64,000 nucleotides of DNA from Calditrichia bacterium. Lineage in GTDB: Bacteria; Calditrichota; Calditrichia; JAJRVZ01. Of this stretch, positions 43,519 to 53,260 are shown piece by piece; within the stretch, counting starts at the first letter, position 1, and the number at the start of each line of letters is the position of its first letter. The stretch lies in contig CAVZSQ010000013.1 in the NCBI GenBank assembly GCA_963777955.1, forward strand, positions 352,001 through 416,000, in the 5' to 3' direction. Position numbers and translations under genes: made by a program. The notes beneath the pieces were generated by a model. That model worked only from the letters and a program-made list of their open reading frames with translations, had not been told where the DNA came from and did no database searches.

Positions 43519-43584
43519 TGACGGAAATTCTGTAAATATTTCAATAAATATAGCGTTTAAAAGAGTTAGTTAAAATTAAATTTA

Positions 43585-43619
43585 ACCACCTCCGAGGTTC
43601 AAAGAACCTCGGAGGTGGT
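43585..43619. repeat. REP-like palindrome, family A, copy 2
   Basis: ACCACCTCCGAGGTTC-AAA-GAACCTCGGAGGTGGT. Confidence 0.85.
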
Positions 43620-43626
43620 AGAGGCA

Positions 43627-45447
43627 TTATGATATAATCGTGGTCAACAGAGATTCCTTCTTCAATATCTTGCGGAACTCTGCCAGATCGACAGGTTTAC
43701 TGAATAAAAAGCCCTGATATTTAAAACATTTATGAGTATCCAATAAATACAAATCCTCCACCCGTTCCACCCCTTCAGCCACGACATCCTTATGCATATT
43801 CTTGCCCAGCATAATAATTGTTTTGACCAGTTCTTTATGACGGGGACTGGTACTCAGGTAGCGGATGAAAGAACGATCAATCTTTATCGTTGAGGCCGGG
43901 ACTTTATGTAAATAAGAAAGCGATGCAAATCCGACACCGAAGTCATCCAGGGCAATGCGGATTCCCATATCCCCGATGGCCTGAATATTGGCCACCAGTT
44001 CAGGATGTTCATCCAGATAACTGGTTTCGGTTAATTCTAATTGTAACTGGTCCGGGTCAAAATTGGTGGATTTTAAAATTTCCTCTATCCTTTTAATAAC
44101 CTTGGGCGATCTTAACTGTTTGGCAGAAAAATTAATCGAAAGAATTAAAGGCGGTTCAGAGGCATGATTTAAATCCTTATATTCGGTACAAGTTTTATGA
44201 AAGATCCATTCGCCAATCTTCGAGATTAAATCGGCCTCTTCGGCAATGGGTATGAAAGAATCGGGCATAACCTGCCCCAGCTCATGATTCTGCCAGCGCA
44301 ACAGGGCTTCGGCGCCGATAACTTTATATTCACCATGGTTTTTCTTTTCAACAATAGGCTGATACAAAATCTGAAATTGTTTTTCATAGTCACTCTTATT
44401 GACCAGTTCGATCAAATGTTTCTCTATCTTTAAGCGTTTGACTGAATACTCTGTCAATGCTTTTGAAAAATATTGAAAATTATTTTTCCCATTTTTTTTG
44501 GCCGAATACATAGCCGTATCGGCATTTTTCAGCAGTATTTCTATATTTTTGCCATCTTTGGGAAACATGGCAATACCGATACTGCTGCTAAGCGCAGTGA
44601 TCCGCTGATTCCTGATCAGATAAGGTTTGGAGAGATACTTGGTGATCCTTTCCGCCGTCCGGCCGGCATCATAATCCTGATTGATATTCCGCAGGACAAT
44701 GATGAATTCATCGCTGCCGTAACGGTAAATATGATCCGATTTTTCCACGCATATGTTCAGGCGCGAAGCCACTTCCTGTAATAACAGATCCGCTATAGTG
44801 TGTCCCAGGGATTCGTTAAGAAACTTAAAATTATCCAGATCAATGTAAAGCAGGGCCTGCAGCTGGGGATGAGGATTCTTCTCTGTTTCCATCTCCATCT
44901 GTTTCATAAACTCATTTAAAGCTTCCCGGTTTTTTAATCCGGTGAGTTTATCATGATAAGCCAGATAACGCAATTCTTTTTGCCCCAGTACCGTGGCACT
45001 GAGATTACTGCCGAACAAAAAAATATGGGACACGTCCTTTGAGCCATCTTTGAAAAATACCGGGCGGTAGTACCGTTTATAGTATAAGGTTTTATCTTCG
45101 TTTTCGAAATGAAGTTTCTCGGTGAATTTGATCAGCCGTTTTTCTTTAATGGCCCGTTGGAAAAATACCCGGCGGATTAAAATCGCCTCGCGGCGGATCC
45201 CTTTCAATCTAAAATAGTAATCATCATCCCGCCCGATCATGTCCTTGCGGATATCTTCGTCGCTCTCAAACCAGCGATTGACAAACCGGATCCGCCCCTG
45301 TAAATCATACATGATAACTTCCAGCGGGAGATCATGAAACAGTTCGCTGATCTCGGTAAAGTTCAGTTGCAGCTGCGCAGCATCGTTATTCTCGTCACCG
45401 ATCCGGGCATAATCCAGAATGTCGGTCTGAAATACTTTTAAACTCAA
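43627..45447 (-). CDS. PAS-GGDEF-EAL c-di-GMP signalling protein (GSDEF variant; probable phosphodiesterase)
   Basis: HDKLTGLKNR, DLDNFK, RYGSDEF, AEALLRW, ELTET, LDDFGVGFASL, KIDRSF, VAEGVE, QGFLFSKP. Confidence 0.92.
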   Translation of the reverse strand: MSLKVFQTDILDYARIGDENNDAAQLQLNFTEISELFHDLPLEVIMYDLQGRIRFVNRWFESDEDIRKDMIGRDDDYYFRLKGIRREAILIRRVFFQRAIKEKRLIKFTEKLHFENEDKTLYYKRYYRPVFFKDGSKDVSHIFLFGSNLSATVLGQKELRYLAYHDKLTGLKNREALNEFMKQMEMETEKNPHPQLQALLYIDLDNFKFLNESLGHTIADLLLQEVASRLNICVEKSDHIYRYGSDEFIIVLRNINQDYDAGRTAERITKYLSKPYLIRNQRITALSSSIGIAMFPKDGKNIEILLKNADTAMYSAKKNGKNNFQYFSKALTEYSVKRLKIEKHLIELVNKSDYEKQFQILYQPIVEKKNHGEYKVIGAEALLRWQNHELGQVMPDSFIPIAEEADLISKIGEWIFHKTCTEYKDLNHASEPPLILSINFSAKQLRSPKVIKRIEEILKSTNFDPDQLQLELTETSYLDEHPELVANIQAIGDMGIRIALDDFGVGFASLSYLHKVPASTIKIDRSFIRYLSTSPRHKELVKTIIMLGKNMHKDVVAEGVERVEDLYLLDTHKCFKYQGFLFSKPVDLAEFRKILKKESLLTTIIS

Positions 45448-45684
45448 TTCGTGGTCTACTCCAAATATTTACCTAACTATCAGCAATTCCAGGTATTTAG
45501 TCAACTATCTGGTATAATCGACACAGCCGCAGGTATGTTTAAAAGAACAGAATCAGGTGGTCAATTTATTCCTATAATAATTTCACTATTCTTGCAGTTC
45601 AATTTGTGACAAACCTCACTTTTTTTTATTTTAATCTCTAAATCTTATTTCCTTTGATCTGACCGTTTAATATCAGGTAGATGT

Positions 45685-47166
45685 ATGGAAAACAGACCCC
45701 GCATAGATTTTTTAAGTAAAAAATTAATTGAACAAATCATTGAACAGGCCCGTGATGTTTTATGTTCCCTGGGCGTACAGATTTTCAACCCGGATTTAGT
45801 TTCCCTGCTGGCCGATCATGGTGCCAGGATACTTAAAGAAGACACACGGGTATATTTCAGCCAGCAGATGATTGACCTGGCGTTGTCCCGGGCTCCCCGC
45901 TCATTTCAATTATTCAATGTACAGGGTATTCAGACCCATGATTTCCGCGGGGATCAGGTATATTTCACTCCGGGTTCTTCAGCTCTGGAAATCCTGGATA
46001 TAAATTCAAAAAAATCCAGAAGGGCCGGTACTGTCGATTATATACGCTATGCAAAGATTGTTCAGCAATTATCCCTGATCCATTCACAAAGTACCGCGTT
46101 CGTCCCGGCAGATGTGCCTGAAAGAATATCCGACAGTTACCGGCTGTTTTTAAGTTTATTATTCTGCGAAAAACCGGTTGTGACCGGTACTTTTTCCGTC
46201 GATTCTTTTGAGGTAATGAAAAATTTTCAGGTTGCCGTCCGCGGCGATGAAGCTGCCTTGCGTCAGAAACCACTGACAATATTTTCCTGCTGTCCGACTT
46301 CACCTCTGAAATGGAGCCATACTACTTCGGAAAATATCAGGCAATGCGGTCAATTCGGCATACCTGTTGAATTTATCGCTATGCCGCTGGCAGGATTTGT
46401 TGCTCCGGTTACTCTGGTCGGTACCCTGATTCAGCACACTGCTGAAACATTAAGCGGCATCATTATCAGTCAGATGTGTTCCCCCGGAACTCCGTTTCTC
46501 TACGGCGGCTCTCCGGCAATTTTCGATTTTCGTCATGAGACAGCACCTATGGGTGCCATAGAAACCATGATGATGGATTGTGCTTATAGTGAAATCGGCA
46601 AATATCTGGGATTCCCTACTCAGGCTTACATCGGCCTGAGTGATGCTAAATTGGTCGACAGCCAGGCCGGATTAGAAAGCGGTATCGGGGCGACCCTGGC
46701 AGCATTGGCCGGTATCAATAATATCTGCGGACCAGGTATGATGGATTTCGAAAACTGTTTCAGCCTGGAAAAGTTGATCATCGATCATGAAATATGCCGG
46801 ATGATCTATCGTCTGCTGGAGGGGATTCAACCCCGGGACGATTTTCCTGCTCTGCCCCGTTTCCAGGAATTAATCGCCGAGAAAACGCTGCTGCTCTCGG
46901 AACATACGGTATTACATCTGCGGACTGAACACAGCATACCCGGCGCAGTGATCAACCGCCAGAAGCGTTCCCGCTGGGAATCGGAAGGATCGCGATCGCC
47001 GGAGCAGGAAGCACACCAGCAGGTTTATAAATTACTGGCTGACTACCAACCGTCCCGGCTGCCCGCAGAAATTAAACAGAGTTTACTGACTTTAATGAAA
47101 AATGAGGCAAAAAAATATGGTCAGGATACATTGCCGGAAGAAAAATATCTGCGATCCCAGATATGA
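45685..47166 (+). CDS. MttB-superfamily (trimethylamine methyltransferase family) protein, non-pyrrolysine
   Basis: SPLKW, APVTLVGTL, AETLSG, PGTPFLYGG, GAIET, SDAKLVDSQAGLES, FSLEKLIIDHE; no in-frame TAG. Confidence 0.9.
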   Translation: MENRPRIDFLSKKLIEQIIEQARDVLCSLGVQIFNPDLVSLLADHGARILKEDTRVYFSQQMIDLALSRAPRSFQLFNVQGIQTHDFRGDQVYFTPGSSALEILDINSKKSRRAGTVDYIRYAKIVQQLSLIHSQSTAFVPADVPERISDSYRLFLSLLFCEKPVVTGTFSVDSFEVMKNFQVAVRGDEAALRQKPLTIFSCCPTSPLKWSHTTSENIRQCGQFGIPVEFIAMPLAGFVAPVTLVGTLIQHTAETLSGIIISQMCSPGTPFLYGGSPAIFDFRHETAPMGAIETMMMDCAYSEIGKYLGFPTQAYIGLSDAKLVDSQAGLESGIGATLAALAGINNICGPGMMDFENCFSLEKLIIDHEICRMIYRLLEGIQPRDDFPALPRFQELIAEKTLLLSEHTVLHLRTEHSIPGAVINRQKRSRWESEGSRSPEQEAHQQVYKLLADYQPSRLPAEIKQSLLTLMKNEAKKYGQDTLPEEKYLRSQI

Positions 47167-48140
47167 TGAATAACCGTGACCGGTTCAGGAAGACTCTGTT
47201 GTATGGAATTCCTGACCGGATCCTATATTTCGAAAATGAAATTCACCGGAACGTGATAGCACGCTGGCGTCAGCAGGGGCTTGCCTCAACCAGGCAACTC
47301 CGGGAGACATTCCCGGTCGATGTCTATGAAGAAATCGAACCACAGCTGAATCCTTTACCCCCTATTTATCCCTGGTCCGCTGAGCAATCCATTTTAAGCA
47401 AACTGCAGAAGAGCTTAAATATAAACAACCCGCTGCATTTACCGGCAAACTGGTTTAAGTTGAAAAAATTGGGAGCACAGTTGCAGCAGGTTCTGATCCT
47501 GGTCGTACATCAGGGATTTTTTCTTTCCCTTGGTGTGGGTGATTGGCAAAGTTTTGATCTGTTGATCGGGCAGTTGCGTGAGAACAGGCCATTGATACGG
47601 CGCTGGATGGAAATCTACGGAGAATTTGCTGCGCAGCTGGCTGACAAAATTTTAAACAGAGTAAAAGTCGATGCCGCCTTATTCAATGAACCAATCGGGG
47701 GATTAACTGGTTCGTTGATTTCACCCGCCATGTATCGTGAATTGGTATTGCCGGGTTATCAACCCATTTTGGATGTTCTGGCCAGATACCGCATACCGTT
47801 AATAATTTTCAGAACCTATGCCAATGCCCGTTTACTGCTGCCGGAGGTGCTCAAAGCAGGTATGAATTGTCTGTGGGCCTATGAGTGTAATGATCAGCAA
47901 ATGAATTATGTGGAACTGCGCCGGGAATTTGGGCGCGATCTAAGCCTGATCGGCGGGATCGATCTGGATGCGCTGCGCCGGAACAAGACGGCTATTTACA
48001 ACGAAATTGAAGAAAAAGTCCCGGCATTACTCGCGGCCGAGGGGTATCTTCCGGCCGCAGACGGCCGGATCCGTGAGGATGTATCATTTGAAAATTATGT
48101 TTTTTACCGGGAATTGCTGAAGAAATATATTAAGATTTGA
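47163..48140 (+). CDS. Uroporphyrinogen decarboxylase / MtaA-MtbA-like TIM barrel protein
   Basis: NRDRFRKTL, LISPAMYRELVLP, ELRREFG..LSLIGGID, YLPAAD, VSFENY; overlaps the mttB-like stop. Confidence 0.75.
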   Translation: MMNNRDRFRKTLLYGIPDRILYFENEIHRNVIARWRQQGLASTRQLRETFPVDVYEEIEPQLNPLPPIYPWSAEQSILSKLQKSLNINNPLHLPANWFKLKKLGAQLQQVLILVVHQGFFLSLGVGDWQSFDLLIGQLRENRPLIRRWMEIYGEFAAQLADKILNRVKVDAALFNEPIGGLTGSLISPAMYRELVLPGYQPILDVLARYRIPLIIFRTYANARLLLPEVLKAGMNCLWAYECNDQQMNYVELRREFGRDLSLIGGIDLDALRRNKTAIYNEIEEKVPALLAAEGYLPAADGRIREDVSFENYVFYRELLKKYIKI

Positions 48141-48152
48141 AAAGAGGTGAAT

Positions 48153-48662
48153 ATGGAAGCGTATGAAGCTATCATGACCAGAAGGAGTATACGCAAGTAC
48201 ACCAATCAACAGGTCAACGATGAATTAATTCATAAAATTTTACTGGCTGGTATGCTGGCGCCATCAGCCCACGACCACCGTCCCTGGCAATTCATTGTTA
48301 TTACCGCCAGAGAAAAATTACTGGCCATCCCGCGTTTTCATCCTTACGCCGAAATGCTGAAACAGGCGCCCCTGGCTATTGTGATCTGTGGTGATAAAAA
48401 ATTTGAGAAAAGTCTGGACTATATCCTGCTGGACTGTGCGGCTGCGACCGAGAATATGCTGGTAGCAGCTCATGCCCTTGGACTGGGGTCAGTGTGGTTG
48501 GCTGTATATCCACGCCGGGAACGGATCAGGGGGATTACCGACCTTTTACAATTACCCGATTCGATCGTACCGGTCGCCATGATCGCACTGGGCTATCCTG
48601 CCGAACAAAAGACTAGGTCTGATCGCTTCGATCCTGAGCGCCTTCATTTCAACCAATGGTGA
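48153..48662 (+). CDS. Nitroreductase family protein
   Basis: TRRSIRKY, APSAHDHRPWQF, AHALGLGSVW, LGYP. Confidence 0.92.
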   Translation: MEAYEAIMTRRSIRKYTNQQVNDELIHKILLAGMLAPSAHDHRPWQFIVITAREKLLAIPRFHPYAEMLKQAPLAIVICGDKKFEKSLDYILLDCAAATENMLVAAHALGLGSVWLAVYPRRERIRGITDLLQLPDSIVPVAMIALGYPAEQKTRSDRFDPERLHFNQW

Positions 48663-48843
48663 TTATGAATAAAAAAAAATATAAATAAATAACAATAAAT
48701 ATTGCGAATTTGTCAATGAATGATTACTTTCTTACACTTATTTCTATCTTGTTTTCTCAATTTCAGAATATACTGCAAGGTTTTTAAGATGTACATATTT
48801 TGATCTATTTCACGTATTTAACCCAAAACAAGGAGAATCAAAC

Positions 48844-49416
48844 ATGAGGAATTTCCTAATCTTAAGTTTTACTATTATTCTGGCTGTGTTGTTGGTCGGT
48901 TGCGCCAAATACCCGCAAGAAGCGATCGACGCTGCCCAGGCTGCTCTGAATGCCGCCAAGCAAGCTGAAGCAGATCGCTATGTGCCGGATTTATTCAATG
49001 CGGCGCAAAAAACATTGAATGATGCTTTAGCCTTAGCTGATAAGGAAAAAGAAGCAACGTTCAGCAATTACGATGAAGCCCTGAAACTGGTGGCTTCGGC
49101 GACTGAAGCAGCAAACAATGCAGCGAATGCAGTAGCCGCTAAGAAAGAAGAAGTAAAGGCAGCAGCCGAAGCTTTACTGGCTCAAATCCCCGACGCAGTG
49201 AAGAATGCCAAAAAAGCATGGACGAAGGCTCCCCGCGGCAAGGGTACCCGTGAAGCATTGGCAGCGATAAAGGCAGATATCGAAGGACAGGAAAAAGCGG
49301 TCGAAGAAGTTAATGCCGCTCTGACCAGTGGAGACGTTCTTACCGCCCAGCAAAAAGCTCAGGCGATCCTCGATAAATTAGCATCATTAGTGGCAGAATT
49401 ACAACCTAAGAAATAA
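48844..49416 (+). CDS. Ala-rich alpha-helical lipoprotein (DUF4398-like) ending in Lys-Lys
   Basis: Lipobox LVGC; heptad-like Ala/Lys/Glu helices; KAPRGK turn; C-terminus ELQPKK; RBS AAGGAGA. Confidence 0.8.
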   Translation: MRNFLILSFTIILAVLLVGCAKYPQEAIDAAQAALNAAKQAEADRYVPDLFNAAQKTLNDALALADKEKEATFSNYDEALKLVASATEAANNAANAVAAKKEEVKAAAEALLAQIPDAVKNAKKAWTKAPRGKGTREALAAIKADIEGQEKAVEEVNAALTSGDVLTAQQKAQAILDKLASLVAELQPKK

Positions 49417-49431
49417 AAGTCGTAGACTTAC

Positions 49432-49473
49432 CTTTCCGGTGATCAGTATAGCTGATCACCGGAAAGATTTTTT
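49432..49473 (+). terminator. Stem-loop with U-tract between lipoprotein and L,D-transpeptidase genes
   Basis: CTTTCCGGTGATCAG-TATAG-CTGATCACCGGAAAG followed by ATTTTTT. Confidence 0.8.
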
Positions 49474-49526
49474 ATCCTGCTGGAATTATGTTAATCTTAC
49501 GGTGAATTCATACATTCATATTATTA

Positions 49527-50183
49527 ATGCGCCCGTTTAACCGCTTCATACAATTCATATTGCTGCTTTCAATAACCGGTTTTAGCCCATATTCTTCCGA
49601 AATTAAATCCGACCATGCTGCCGGAGCGATTTCTGATACTGTCGGGCAGAAAAGAGCTGATCTGCTTGGCTCACAAATTGAGCAATTACGGGCACGAATC
49701 GGTCAACTCAAACAGGAATATGAAAAATTTCTGCCTAAAAAAGCATATTTGATTATCAGTACATCGGATAATCAGGTTGTAATAATGGACAAAGATGAAG
49801 TATTGCGCCGCGGACGATGTTCTACAGGCAGTTATGTCCTGCTCAAAGCACCGGAATCTGACGGCCGGCAATGGTTTTTCAGAACTCCGCGTGGCCAGTT
49901 TCAAATTCACATGAAATTGAAAGATCCGTATTGGTACAAACCTGACTGGGCCTATATAGAAGAAGGCGTTCCCATTCCATCTATCTATTCCCGGGCGCGC
50001 TGGCAAGAGGGAGTCTTGGGAAAATATGCACTCAGTTTTGGCCCTGCCTTTATGATTCATGGAACAATCTACAAACGCTTTCTGGGATTACCGGCCACAC
50101 ACGGTTGCGTACGTTTAGATGACGATGATATCCAATTTGTTTTTAAAAAACTTACCCATGGTTCTAAAGTTTATATATACTAG
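49527..50183 (+). CDS. L,D-transpeptidase (YkuD family)
   Basis: Signal/anchor, short coiled coil, CSTGS, TPRG, P-x-W, IHGT...THGCVRL catalytic His/Cys, GSKVYIY. Confidence 0.92.
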   Translation: MRPFNRFIQFILLLSITGFSPYSSEIKSDHAAGAISDTVGQKRADLLGSQIEQLRARIGQLKQEYEKFLPKKAYLIISTSDNQVVIMDKDEVLRRGRCSTGSYVLLKAPESDGRQWFFRTPRGQFQIHMKLKDPYWYKPDWAYIEEGVPIPSIYSRARWQEGVLGKYALSFGPAFMIHGTIYKRFLGLPATHGCVRLDDDDIQFVFKKLTHGSKVYIY

Positions 50184-50967
50184 GCAGGCGTTCTTGTTTA
50201 CAGAACCCCGGTGTGCTGAAAGATCCGTATCTTCCCGATTATTTGACATCGTTAGAAAAAAAATAAGCTCTGGTCGAAAACTCCCGCCTGTTTTTTTATT
50301 ACTTATATTTTTTCTAAGTTTTTGTCAATCGGAACGGCAGGACCGAAATTCAAATGATACGAGTTTACCGGTAATTGCTGTATCCCAGGTTCCTGAACAC
50401 ATCGATTCGTTGCAGCAGACCTGTATCGAGCTGGAAATTGAAGAATTATTCTGGCGAAACCGCGTGAGCATGTCCCGCGATCCTTCTATTGATCTCGCTA
50501 TTGATTTAATAGACAGTACCGTTTGTCTGGATATCAAAGGAGTTACACTGCGCAAGACCAGGATAAGTAAATATCAGATCAGTCGTTCAATGGGATACCT
50601 GAAATGGTATTTGGCTTACAAGAGCTGGTTAGCCGGACCTTTCAATTTAAAACAGGATTCTGTATCCTCCATACCCAAAGAACCCGTTTTCATCAAGGAT
50701 CTGGCCACATATCCACTGGAATATTTTGATGATTGGACCTATTTCACCCGCCTGGAGAAGGAAGGCCCGGTGCATTATTTACTGGAATATGACCGCGGCT
50801 TGCTGGTTCAGGTTGACCAGGACAGCGACACCGTTCAGGTCAATGATCTGCCGGAACATTGGTGCAGAATATCGATTCCCGCAACTGATGCCAAAGCCAT
50901 TTACCGTGCTCTGGCTTTACCTTCGGAAATGACTGGTATTGAAGCAACTAACCACCTCCGAGGTTAG
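50119..50967 (+). CDS. Membrane-anchored hypothetical protein, possibly a catalytically degenerate YkuD-like fold (start uncertain)
   Basis: Hydrophobic VFLLLIFFLSF; LAIDLIDSTVCL..KGVTLR and CRISIPATDAKAIYRAL resemble YkuD N- and C-terminal elements but lack HG...HGC. Confidence 0.55.
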   Translation: MTMISNLFLKNLPMVLKFIYTRQAFLFTEPRCAERSVSSRLFDIVRKKISSGRKLPPVFLLLIFFLSFCQSERQDRNSNDTSLPVIAVSQVPEHIDSLQQTCIELEIEELFWRNRVSMSRDPSIDLAIDLIDSTVCLDIKGVTLRKTRISKYQISRSMGYLKWYLAYKSWLAGPFNLKQDSVSSIPKEPVFIKDLATYPLEYFDDWTYFTRLEKEGPVHYLLEYDRGLLVQVDQDSDTVQVNDLPEHWCRISIPATDAKAIYRALALPSEMTGIEATNHLRG

Positions 50968-50986
50968 CCAGAACCTCGGAGGTGGT
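50951..50986. repeat. REP-like palindrome, family A, copy 3 (supplies stop codon of upstream ORF)
   Basis: ACCACCTCCGAGGTT-AGCCAG-AACCTCGGAGGTGGT; the TAG at 50965-50967 lies inside it. Confidence 0.85.
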
Positions 50987-50993
50987 AAGACAA

Positions 50994-52052
50994 TCAATGA
51001 TAAATCTCGTACATGGGCAATAAATCTGCTACACCCTGTGTAGCCCAGCGACCATAGACTTCCACAGCATTTCTATCCCTGGGATAGCCAGAAGAATCCA
51101 GGATTACCATTGAATAGTTTAATCTCAACCATGAAACCCTGCCATGCAGATCCTTGATGTATAAATATTTATCGAAACTCAAACGCCATTCAGCGGCCGA
51201 TTCTCCCTGAGTGAGCACATGATAGCAGTCGTCGCTGATAAATTTAAAAGATTCATCCGTGAACGTCTTCCCTAGATCATCTACAAAATGAACCATATAC
51301 CCTTCTTCATATAATTTTTGCTGAATTAACGCCTTTAAAAAATGAAAAAGGGAGCCCTGGTTTGCACTCCTGCGGTTTTGTTTCCATCGGTTGGCCTCGG
51401 CTGAATCGGCCGGCAATAAATGGGAAAATTTTGGTTTTATCGACCAGCTCCATTTCCCATAGTTTTTGTCCCATGAAAAATTGACCAGGATACAATCAAT
51501 TTTAAGACCAAGAGCCCGGTTGGTTATGCGTAACGGTTCTGCTGCTTTGGCCGCGAAATAACGTGACGAAGTCCAGGCGAAATCGAGCACTTCCGGATTT
51601 TCAATATCACATTGATCGGCGAAATCCGATTGACCTAAAAAATAGTATTTGAACTTTTTCAGATTGTCCAGCCATTCCCTGGGGATTTCTCCCATGACCA
51701 CGGTTGGAGTTGTTTCGTAGGCCAGGGGAATCAGACGAAAGTTTTCCTGCAGATGAGAATCATTCTTTATTAAAACCGATTTACTGATATATTGATAACC
51801 GGCCATTGACACCACTAACTCATGTATACCGGCCGGCAGATTACTGATTATATAATATCCATCCCGGCTGGTGGATATTCCCCAGGTAGTATTGGCAATA
51901 TATACATTTACGTTTTCTACCGGTTTACCGGTGGCCTGGTCATAGACATGCCCGGAAATATCATTGCCGGGATTCTGAGCAATCAGCAGATTAGCGGGAT
52001 TGCTGCAGCAGATAAAAAAAATAAGAAGCCACTTTTTCATCACTTTATCCAT
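50994..52052 (-). CDS. Secreted protein with carboxypeptidase-regulatory-like (CarbopepD_reg_2) domain
   Basis: ISGHVYDQATGKPVENVNV...G...L..G.HELVVSMAGY; FLGQS...C.IENPEVL; ADLLP. Confidence 0.8.
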   Translation of the reverse strand: MDKVMKKWLLIFFICCSNPANLLIAQNPGNDISGHVYDQATGKPVENVNVYIANTTWGISTSRDGYYIISNLPAGIHELVVSMAGYQYISKSVLIKNDSHLQENFRLIPLAYETTPTVVMGEIPREWLDNLKKFKYYFLGQSDFADQCDIENPEVLDFAWTSSRYFAAKAAEPLRITNRALGLKIDCILVNFSWDKNYGKWSWSIKPKFSHLLPADSAEANRWKQNRRSANQGSLFHFLKALIQQKLYEEGYMVHFVDDLGKTFTDESFKFISDDCYHVLTQGESAAEWRLSFDKYLYIKDLHGRVSWLRLNYSMVILDSSGYPRDRNAVEVYGRWATQGVADLLPMYEIYH

Positions 52053-52303
52053 ATTCCATTATACGAGTGAAAATATACAATGGTTACTTTCAAAATCCGA
52101 GTTAAATATGACTTTGCCAACAGGAACAAGTCCCCCAGGCCGAGCGTATATTTCTGTTTGAAGAGTACGGGAGTGTGCGGCATTTTTAGTATTCTTTTAG
52201 TTGCCCTTTATTGCGAATCATATTATAATTGTTTTCGGCTAAGTAAAAAAAGTAAGGACTGTTCAGATCTTTTTGCACGATCATAGAAATTCAGGAGATC
52301 ATC

Positions 52304-53211
52304 ATGATAAATCGTCGTGAATTCATTAAACGGAGTAGTAAAGCCGCACTGGCCCTGTCCGCCTTATCTGCGTCAAAAGCAGTTTCTGTATTCGCGCAGC
52401 AAACTGTTCCCGCAGCTGTGTGGGTAGAAAATGGCGAACCGGCAGATTTGTTAAAAGCAGCTTTAAAGGAATACGGCGGAATGAACCATTTCATATCACG
52501 GGTGACATTGTTGTGGTCAAACCGAATATTGGCTGGGACCGTGCTCCGCAGTACGCTGCTAATTCGAATCCCGATCTGGTGGCTGAGATTATCAAAGCCT
52601 GTTATTCGGCCGGCGCCAAAACAGTAAAAGTATTCGACAATACCTGTAACAATCCGCGGCGTTGTTATAAAAATTCGCAGATAGAAGAAAAGGCCACGGC
52701 AGCGGATGCAGAAGTATCCCAGATCCGGAATGAAAAATTTGTTAATACGACTATTAAAAACGGTAAAATACTCAAAGAATGGTCTTTATATAAGGACTAT
52801 CTGGAAGCGGATAAAGTTATTAATGTCCCCATTGCCAAACATCATTCCATGAGCAGGGTAACTCTGGGTTTGAAGAACCTGATGGGGGTAATGGGCGATA
52901 ACCGCGGTTCACTGCATTCAGACTTTGACATTAAATTAAATGATATCGATAGCAATATTCTGCCCACCCTGACTATTATGGATGCCTATCGTATCTTAAC
53001 GGCCAATGGCCCGGTGGGGGGCAACCTGGCTCATGTAAAATTAACCAAAACTCTGATCATGAGCCCCTGTGTGGTGACCGCCGATTATCTGGCACTTGAT
53101 CTTTTTGGTCTCACTTTAACAGAAGTAGGCCACGTTAAAGAAGCAGTCAATCGCGGAATGAATAAATACGATCTGAAAAAATTGAATGTGAAGAAGATTT
53201 CATTAGCCTGA
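52304..53211 (+). CDS. Tat-exported DUF362 family Fe-S protein; frameshift near 52500
   Basis: INRREFIK Tat motif; GDIVVVKPNIGWDR, NVPIAKHH, TLGLKNLMG. Confidence 0.85.
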
Positions 53212-53260
53212 GTGGAAATCCTGATAGGAAGGGACAAAGGGACAAAGATAAAAAATACCG

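Noticed and set aside
43627..45447. Active diguanylate cyclase
   Set aside because: The signature reads GSDEF rather than GG[DE]EF while EAL motifs are intact; cyclase activity cannot be supported from sequence.
45685..47166. Pyrrolysine-containing MttB
   Set aside because: The ORF is uninterrupted with no in-frame TAG, and no pyl genes are present.
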